A stretch of 64,000 nucleotides of DNA, taken from NCBI GenBank assembly GCA_051362555.1, contig CM120646.1:17732001-17796000 (forward strand), read 5' to 3'. The position numbers and the translations under genes are program-made. Positions 51,301 through 60,300 of the stretch are shown here, piece after piece. The stretch is from Lingula anatina (Eukaryota; Animalia; Brachiopoda). The notes under the pieces were generated by a model. It ran no database searches. It was not told the origin of the DNA and saw only the letters and a list, made by a program, of their open reading frames with translations. Position 1 is the stretch's first letter; every line of letters starts with the position of its first letter.

Positions 51301-54300
51301 CTGACTGCACCACACGTGAGGCCATTGCATTGCGCCATTTCATAAAAGGGTTGCCAGACCATCAAGCCGCCGTGGCAGTGGGCATGAAAACGCCCAAAAA
51401 TCTAGACGAAGCAAGGGAGGCCCTTGAAATGTATAACAGTCTAAGAGAAGAGGCAGTGAAAAGACCAAGTGTTAGGGCAGCAAATCCTGAGGCTGTTGTA
51501 ACAGAAAGTCAGCTACACCAGCTTGAAAAGAAGTTTGACAAGAAGTTAGATGAAATTAAAGACTTGATAATGAAAGAGAAAGCAAAAGACACGAAAAGTC
51601 CTCCACCACCCAAGTCAGAAAATTGGAAAAACAACATAGAGTGTTTCAAGTGCCATAGATATGGGCATCTGGCAAGAGAATGCAAGGCACCTGTGAAAGA
51701 GGCTCAGCATGTAAACAACCAGGGAAACTGAGAAGGGGCATTCCAGCCGGCCAGAATGAACCCCTAAAAACACCTGTTGACAGTGACATTGAAACCGTCA
51801 GTTGTAGAAATGCTAGTGTTTCTTGGCCAGTGAAGATTCAGGGCCAAGAAGTGAACTTTATTGTAGACACTGGTGCGTCAAAAACAATTATATCTACCCA
51901 CATTTATGAACAAATTCCCCATGATTTTAGACCTGAACTGAAAAAGACTCATAGAAAATTGCAGTTGCAGGTTGCAGACAGTAGAAACATTGAAATTGAA
52001 GGCCATGTAGAAATAAGATTTCAGTCTGGCGAAGAAATGTTTGTATGGGACATGCTTGTAGCAAAAATAAAGGACGATGGTTTGTTAGGAATGGACTTCC
52101 TGTGCCATCATGATTTTTCACTGGGTGTGAACGGACTGAAACTTAATGGGAAGAGAGTGCCCTGTTTGGTTGAGAGGGAACCAAAGCATGCCTTTAGAGT
52201 GACAGTGACTAATGACGTTATTATTCCTGCAAACAGTGAGTTGATCATAGAAGGGACAGTCGATTCTAGCAAAATAAAATCAGGATTGGGACTGGTAGAG
52301 GAAATTCCAGAGAAGTCAAGTGATTTTCTGATCGGACATGTGTTAGTTGATCCTTTCAGAAGAGACAATAAAATACCTGTGAGACTCCTTAACCCTTCTA
52401 ATGAAGACATTTCACTTTTGAAAGACACCTGCATTGCTCATTTACATGAAGTAGACCATGTAATTGCTGAGAAACTTGAAGATAGCCTTTCTGTGCCCAC
52501 CTTACGAGCAGACTTAACCCCTGGTAAACAAAAGTCAGACTTAACCCTTCATAGCCCAGAATTGCCTGAGTACCTGGCTGACCTCTATAAACAGTCAGGT
52601 GAGAATTTGACTGACTTTGAGAGATGTGAACTAAAGAAACTCCTGCAGAAGCACAGTGATATTTTTGCCAAGTCTTCCAGTGACATGGGTCACACATCTG
52701 TCGTAAAGCATAAGATCGTTACTGGTGATGCAAGACCCATAAAACAGCAACCCAGAAGACCTCCTAGAGCGTTTGCTGGAGAAGAAGAGAAAATAATTCA
52801 GGAACAGCTCCAAAATGGTGTTATTAGAGAGTCCACCTCACCTTGGTCAGCTCCACTAGTTTATGTCAAGAAAAAGGATGGAACAACAAGACCCTGTGTT
52901 GACTATAGACGCTTAAATGATGTAACAGTGAAAGATGCTTACCCTCTTCCTCGAATAAATGACTGTTTAGACTCTCTTGGTGGTTCAATTTTCTTCTCAA
53001 TAGCTGATTGCCAGAGCGGGTATTATCAAATCGAGGTAGCAGAAGAAGATAAGCCAAAGACTGCATTTGTGACAAGAAATGGGTTATTCGAATATAATGT
53101 TATGCCTTTTGGTCTTTCTAATTCTCCTTCAACCTTCGAACGGTGTATGGAACTGATTTTACGTGGTTTGCAGTGGCAGACAGTGTTGATTTACCTTGAT
53201 GACATTATTGTGTTTGGTAAATCGTTTGAAGAACACTATAAGAGACTTGACGAGGTTTTTAATCGTCTTGGAAAAGCAGGGCTAAAACTGAAGCCAAGCA
53301 AATGCAGGTTGTTTCAAACTGAAGTTCAGTTTTTGGGACATGTAGTGACTCAAGATGGCGTTAAACCAGATCCTGAGAAGGTAGACTGTATAAAGAAATG
53401 GCCAGTTCCCAGGAATCTGACTGATGTACGTAGTTTTCTAGGACTGTGCTCATATTATCGTAGATTTATTAAAGGATTTTCAACAAGAGCTGCTCCGATT
53501 AATCACCTGCTCCAGGCCGGCCAGGCGTTTACTTGGACGGACTCTTGTCAGACAGCATTTGAGGACCTCAAAAGCGCCCTTACGGGTAATGAGGTAATGG
53601 CGTATCCGAGAGACGAAGGATTGTATATTCTCGACACTGATGCTTCAGCCACGGGCATTGGTGCCGTTTTATCTCAGTTACAGTGGTGTGAGAAGACCCA
53701 GAAAGAAATAGAGAAACCAGTCGCGTATGCAAGTAAGTCATTGACGAAAACTCAACGCCGTTACTGCGTGACTAGAAAAGAACTGCTTGCCGTTGTTACC
53801 TTTGTTCAACAATTCAGACACCATTTATTGGGTAGACAGTTTTTGGTACGAAGCGATCACAGTGCCCTCCGATGGGTTATGTCCTTTAAGGAGCCCAATG
53901 ATCAGATGGCCAGATGGCTGGAAGTGCTATCACAGTATGATTTTAAAATAGAACACCGAGCAGGGGCCAGACACGGTAACGCAGATGCAATATCGAGATT
54001 TCCATGCGACCCAGATGAGTGTACATGCTATGATGGGGAGTCCATTTTAAGCAAATTGCCATGCGAGGGTTGCGTACAGTGTAAGAAGAAACATGAACAA
54101 TGGTCCAGATATCTGGAAGAAGAAGTCGTCCCTTTAGTAACCAGAAGAATGACAGAAAACCGAAAGAAAGAACCCAAATCAGACAATGGAGTCTGTGGCA
54201 GTGGTCAAGTATCGGGAAACCAAGGAAAATGTCCAGTAAAACGTGTGTATACAGCAGCTTGTTCAGTTTTATTGACAGGCCTTTACACCCTACTGACATT

Positions 54301-57300
54301 GTTCTTTGCAATCCTGAGCTGGGTGACCATGAAATTCAAGTGTATCTTTAAGGAAGTTAGAGCACTTTCTCTTCGAAGGATGAGAGTTTCCAAGAAAAAG
54401 GAAGTGCTGCCTAGAGAAAACTTGACATTCAAGGATCAAGATTTTTCTCATGGTGATGAAGATACAGATCTCAGTGAATCTGAGAGTGACAGAGATAGAC
54501 TTCCAGCCGAGTGGCTGGGCAGTTACACTGTGAATGAATTGTTTAATTTGCAGTGTAAAGACCCTGAGTTGAAGACTGTGCTGGACTGGAAGGAACAGTC
54601 ATCACAGAGACCAGAGAGAGATAAAGTGGCCGCAGAAAGTCCTGCAGTACGACAGTTATGGTTGCTTTGGGACCAACTTGTGCTGCAGGAGGGCATTTTA
54701 TATAAGAGATGGGAAACGTTAGATAAGACAGGTTCCTTTTTACAGATATTGGTTCCGAAAGAGATGAGGAATGAGGTGATGAAGGGCGTACATGACAAAG
54801 TCACGTCGGGTCACCTCGGGGTCAAGAAAACAGTGAGCAAGTTGAAAAGACACTTCTACTGGTACAAGATGAAAGAAAGTGTGCGAGATTACATAAGAAG
54901 ATGTGCTATTTGTGGTGGGAGAAAAAGGCCACGGTCAAGACCCAAGGCTCCTTTGCTAAGATATGCTGTAGGCGCTCCCATGGACAGAGTGGCAACAGAC
55001 ATCTTAGGACCTTTTCCAGTCAGTGAAAGAGGCAATAAATATATACTTTTAGCAATGGACCAGTTTTCCAAATGGGTGGAGTGCTATGCCATCCCTGACA
55101 TATCAGCTAAAACTGTAGCACACAAGCTAGTGACAGAGTTTTTCTCTAGATTTGGCCTACCCCTTGATCTCCATTCAGACCAAGGTAGCAACTATGAGTC
55201 ACAGTTATTCAAACAAGTATGTCAAGTATTAGAAATAAATAAAACCCGAACATCCAGCTATCATCCCTCAGGAAATGGAATGGTGGAGAGATTCAATATT
55301 GTGTTATGTGACATGATATCAGCTTACGTGTCAGAAGACCAACGGGATTGGGACATTCATTTGCCTTTATTGACTGCAGCATACAGGTGCTGTAAACATG
55401 AAAGCACTGGTTATTCCCCTAATTTGCTTATGTTAGGCAGAGAAGTTCACACAGCTACAGAACTGATCTTTGGAAAACCACCAGAAGACCGATCTGTGAC
55501 GTCTCCTTCAGAGTATGTCAAAATGTTGCAAGAGAAAATGACTAGAATTCATGAAATAGTGAGATTGCATTTGAAAAAGGACTTTCAAAGGCAGAAAAGA
55601 GACCACGACACCCGTATTTCGCAAAATAACTATAAAGTTGGTGACTTGGTGTATTTACTAGATAGCACTAGAACAGTGGGACTGAGCCCAAAGCTGAAAC
55701 GTGATAAATGGCAAGGACCTTTTGTTGTTGTCAAAAAGCACAGTGATTTGTTGTTTGCAGTGAAAGGCAAACCTAAGTGTAAAATGAAGATCGTGCATCA
55801 TGACCGTCTTAAGCCATTTTTGAGTGACCAAGTTCCAGATTGGGTGTCCAGTTTGCAGAAATGTTTACTTAAAGGCAATCATGTAGAAGGAAGTCCACTG
55901 AAACGTGAAGAAAGTGCCATCAAACGCAGGATGAAGCAGAGTGGCCAATCTAAACAAGTGCAAGTACCCAAGACCCAACCTGACGGTAATTTGAGGAATG
56001 AGGGAAGACCACAAAGGAAAAGAAGACCTCCCAAGAGATTTGCTGATTGACTGTGACAATGACCTTTTAAAGTGACCATTATTATTAATCAGACAATGAA
56101 CTTTAAAGAGAACATTATTAATAATCAGACAGTGAACTTTGAAGAGAACACTATTATGAATCAGACTATGAACTTAAAATGATTATCATTGTTGAACTTT
56201 AGAGTAATTTTATTAATCAAAGTGACACTGAACTATTGAATGAACTTTATGAACGGACTGAATTTTTAACTGCTTAAATGTTTCAGAATATTTTTAGTTT
56301 TAACTGATTTAGTAGTTGGGCAGATCCCCGGTGGGATCAGACCTAGGGGGGAAGAGTGTAACGATTTTACATAGCCTTAAAATTCATGGTAAAATTGCTG
56401 CAGTAAGCTTTAGCCTTTTGTTTACATTCTTGTGTGTGTTGAACTTTGAACCTTAAGTTGGAATGGCTTGTAAGTGGTATCAGTTTACTAAAGAGGGGAT
56501 TGTGGTGTCCAGTAGAGGGGTTGGCGGTCAACCATTCAAGGCCGTCCACTTTTCCTCTGCCTGCCAGTCAAAGTAGCAGTGAACCATTCAAGGCCGTCCA
56601 CTTTTGAAATGTATAAATACAGCTGCTCTACGCAGTGTTGTTCAGTTAGAGTTCAGTTAGAGTTACTGTAGAGTATAGTGGCAGTACTCAGTGAGAGTAT
56701 AGTGTCAGACTTAGTTTCACAACTTAGTTTGAGTCAGTTTCACAATATAGTTCCAGTTAGTTTATTGTAGCTGAGTTGCAGTTGTTTAAATTAGAGGTAC
56801 AGCAGTACAGCAAGAATAGAGACAGTGTTTAGTAAAAGATACAGAAACATGTACATTTGTGTTGAGAGTTATTCGTAGAAATAAAGTTTACAAAACAGAG
56901 ACCTTGTTTTGTTGGTGGCAGCGAAGTAAGAGAACCGTACACTGGTGGCAGAAAAGCGAAGACCTTTACAATAAGCATCTTCTTTTTATGTTTTGTTTTT
57001 GTGTTTTGGGCAAAACAATCTATTAATTTTGCTCAACTCCTGAGTCATTACTGTAACAGCATGCAAGCCGTGAATGAGAGAGAAAAAAGTCGATAAGCAA
57101 GTCTGGTCACAGCAGGAGAACTGATCATCTGTGTCAAATTAACAAAATTATCTCAAGTTTTTTGTTTTGAACACAGAGAAACAAAAGGGTGTTATATCAT
57201 TCATGGCATCCTTCATCAGAGCAAATAAATGAGTAATATTATATCACCATGGCAACCAAAAAAACTCAAAATATGCAGTCTCAGATAGAGTCTTCTTCCA

Positions 57301-60300
57301 CACATTATTATGAATTATGGGTTATTACATGCGACGCAGAGGCATCAATAAGTCTTTGTGAACCTAGACTGAAGTTATTTTCTTAAAATTAAAACAATGA
57401 ATTCATAAAGCAGCCAAGGTTCTCTAATGGGATATGTAGACAACTTTCACAGGGCTGATAAACTGGGACATTCTAAGAGTAATGCACTGGGGCTGATTCA
57501 TTTATTCTCCAAATGATGTCACCCCAGCCAGTTTTGCTAATTCTAAGGATTAAGATCAGAAATTGGTTTTTACTGTAACTTTGAGACTGAAAACTTTAGT
57601 CTGTTTTGAGGGTATTCACATCCAGTCGACTAGGTCTGCGGATCAAATATGGCCAACCCACATGAATGCTTGCAAGCAAAATCCCCATGGGAATTCATTC
57701 ACTGTCTATTAGGGGATTTCGCAACAAGCTTTCAAGCTGGTCAGCCATATTTGATCCGTGGCCTAAGTAAACCATGGGTCAACTGGTTGTGACTCAGTAC
57801 CAAGGCCTGCTCACACTCACCAGCCACTGGATTCCTACTCCCCCCCCCCCCCCCCCAAAGTATCATTAGCATCACCCTCAGAGCGTATTCAGAACAGGGA
57901 ACTAACCAATCAAGTATGATGACCCATTTAAAAGCTAGCCGCTTAATTCTCGATTAGACACTGAACAGATTCCCTGTGGGGATTATGCTCCAAGCATTCA
58001 ACGGGTCGGCCATATTTGGTCTGTGGATCTGTTAGTCAGCTGTTCTGATTGTATCCTTAGTTTCAGCTATGACTTCATGTAAAAACTCACTTCTATTATC
58101 AGCATTGCTAGTCCAGTAATCTTTGAAACTCAGGATACATAATGCAGACCTTCAGAAAACATGGATTTATTATCCTTTTACAAAAGTTGCCTGTAACTGA
58201 TTGCTGAGGTTAACGCTGAGTCTGTACCTACTAGTAATTGCTTGACAAATATTCTACCATTGTGTATAATATACAGTGATTCCTTGATTTTAATTAACAA
58301 TCACTTTGAACTTGTTTTGGCAGTCACACACAGGTCATGTTTCTAAACTAAAATAGCTTAACAACTAACTGAAGTCTATACTACAATAATGTACCTCTCG
58401 TTAACATCCCTCCTCCACAGATTTTTGACACTTCTTTCAAAACCAATTTATATCAATACATATAGAAATGGGGGAAATGGGTGTTTTTTCTCTTTTTGAT
58501 CAGATATTAAGTTTAAGGAGAAAGATCAGTTCATAGTCAAAACAAAATGCTATACAAAAACAAAGCAACACATCATTCTTAACAGTGCCTCCCTATGTGC
58601 ATCTCAGAAAGGATCAATCTTCATCAAGCATTATAAATCTGATCCAATAGACCACAAATGCAGAGGAACAATCAAATTTACTCCAGCCATCAATTTCATT
58701 AGGCTCAGCTTTCCCATCTACAACCTCACATCTTCTCCAGTAGAGCTCACAAAATGCCAATTGCACTCTAAATGTAGTGGTGCATTCCACGCTGTATGTT
58801 ACACCTGTCTGTTAAAAACCTAATGTTGTGAAGTCATCAAACGTAAATGTCATATGTAGTTTATATATGGGAGTGAAGAGAGATCTAAGCCTAGGTTGAT
58901 GAAGTTATGGACTGATCTGCCAGGAAATCTCTCAATTATGTTCTAAAGATGCAATACGCTTGTGCATGCATGTGCATCTATGGGTGCATTCCCAGAGATT
59001 TAGATCGATCCAGAGATTTAGATTTAGATTGCCCTAACTCCCTGGGGGTTCACGCTAAATTGCAGTCAGCCGAGCATGCACCATAGTTAATTACCCCCTT
59101 ACAGCTTTTAGTAGGCGGGACAGACGCTTAAGCCGGCTAAGCTGACAGTAATCTAGTGAGACTCTCCACAGGGATAGATTGATCTAAAATCTATGGGAAT
59201 GGGGTCTATGTGTATGCTAGGACAGTCGGCATTACGAAAGGCATACCATAAGCAATACTCATACATGTTACATATTGTTATCGCAAGGAACAGCAAACAA
59301 CAGATAACTATAGTATTTTAGATTAATACGTAACTGGCATCATTAATGGGCACTTTGTACTTTACCTTCTATCACAACAGTACTCGAAGGACATAGCGTT
59401 ATAAAAAAAACCCCACAACACAAGCTCATTACAGAACCAGTAAAGGTGGGTCAAAACCCAATTGTGTTCACCTATAATTCATTCTAGATAACAGTTGCCG
59501 CTAAGTGGTGAGTGAAGACAAAATTTAGGAAAGACTTACCTCTAAACATGTAGAAAATTTTTGTCTGGTCTTCTTGTTCAAAGGTGCTGACAAGATAACA
59601 GTGTCTGTGATGGTTTTATACGGCAAGTATGTTATGAGGAGTTATGTAAAGGTAAGATTATCAAATCATATGTAGTAGGTCAGCTAGTATGGCCATGACA
59701 TGGGGTTTACTTTTGAACAAATTTTCACATGGATGAAGCTGTGTATTATTATACAAATTCATAAGCTCTTTTTCTCATATATCACCGAAGTAACTGTACA
59801 GCTCTATGTCATCTTGGAAAAATATAACAATCTAAGGAAAAGTGATTTTTTGTATCCTTTTCTCAGGTTGTGGTATATTATTTTGTAGACAAGAAAATAT
59901 AACATATGAAACCTTTACTGAACCAACTGAGAGTCAAATTGGTTTTATGCTTTCTACATAAAAGTGGATGATCAAGTCTGAAAAGGGCCCAGATTCCAAG
60001 CAGCATTTAAGGCAATTTTACTAAAAAAAATTACTTGGCTGAAGTATTTTCCAAATCAACATGCCATCCTGTTTTGGTTATCAAAACAAAGGTTACCTTG
60101 TGTCTTAAAAAGTGCTGGACTTTTTCTACATGGCATCACAAGTCAGCTGTGGTAATCCAGATGACAGTCACAAGCCCAGCAAAACCCCACCTCTGCACAG
60201 CACTGACTCAGGTGGTCAACTGCTGAGCTGTTGACAAGTTCTGACCTTCATTAATATCTTGTCAAATACTAAAACTACATGCAACCTTTTGCCGGTGTAC

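Larger units (their letters stand above)
49921..56970 (+). mobile_element. Full-length Ty3/Gypsy LTR retrotransposon (7050 bp), antisense in C2CD2L intron 1
   Basis: Two 614-bp TG...CA LTRs, PBS, PPT, intact gag and pol in PR-RT-RH-IN order. Flanks are ATAG / ATAA. Confidence 0.97.

Noticed and set aside
56051-56344. env or chromodomain ORF after pol
   Set aside because: Only ~290 bp of AT-rich tandem repeats with no ORF; integrase ends in a basic RKRRPPKRF tail without a chromodomain.
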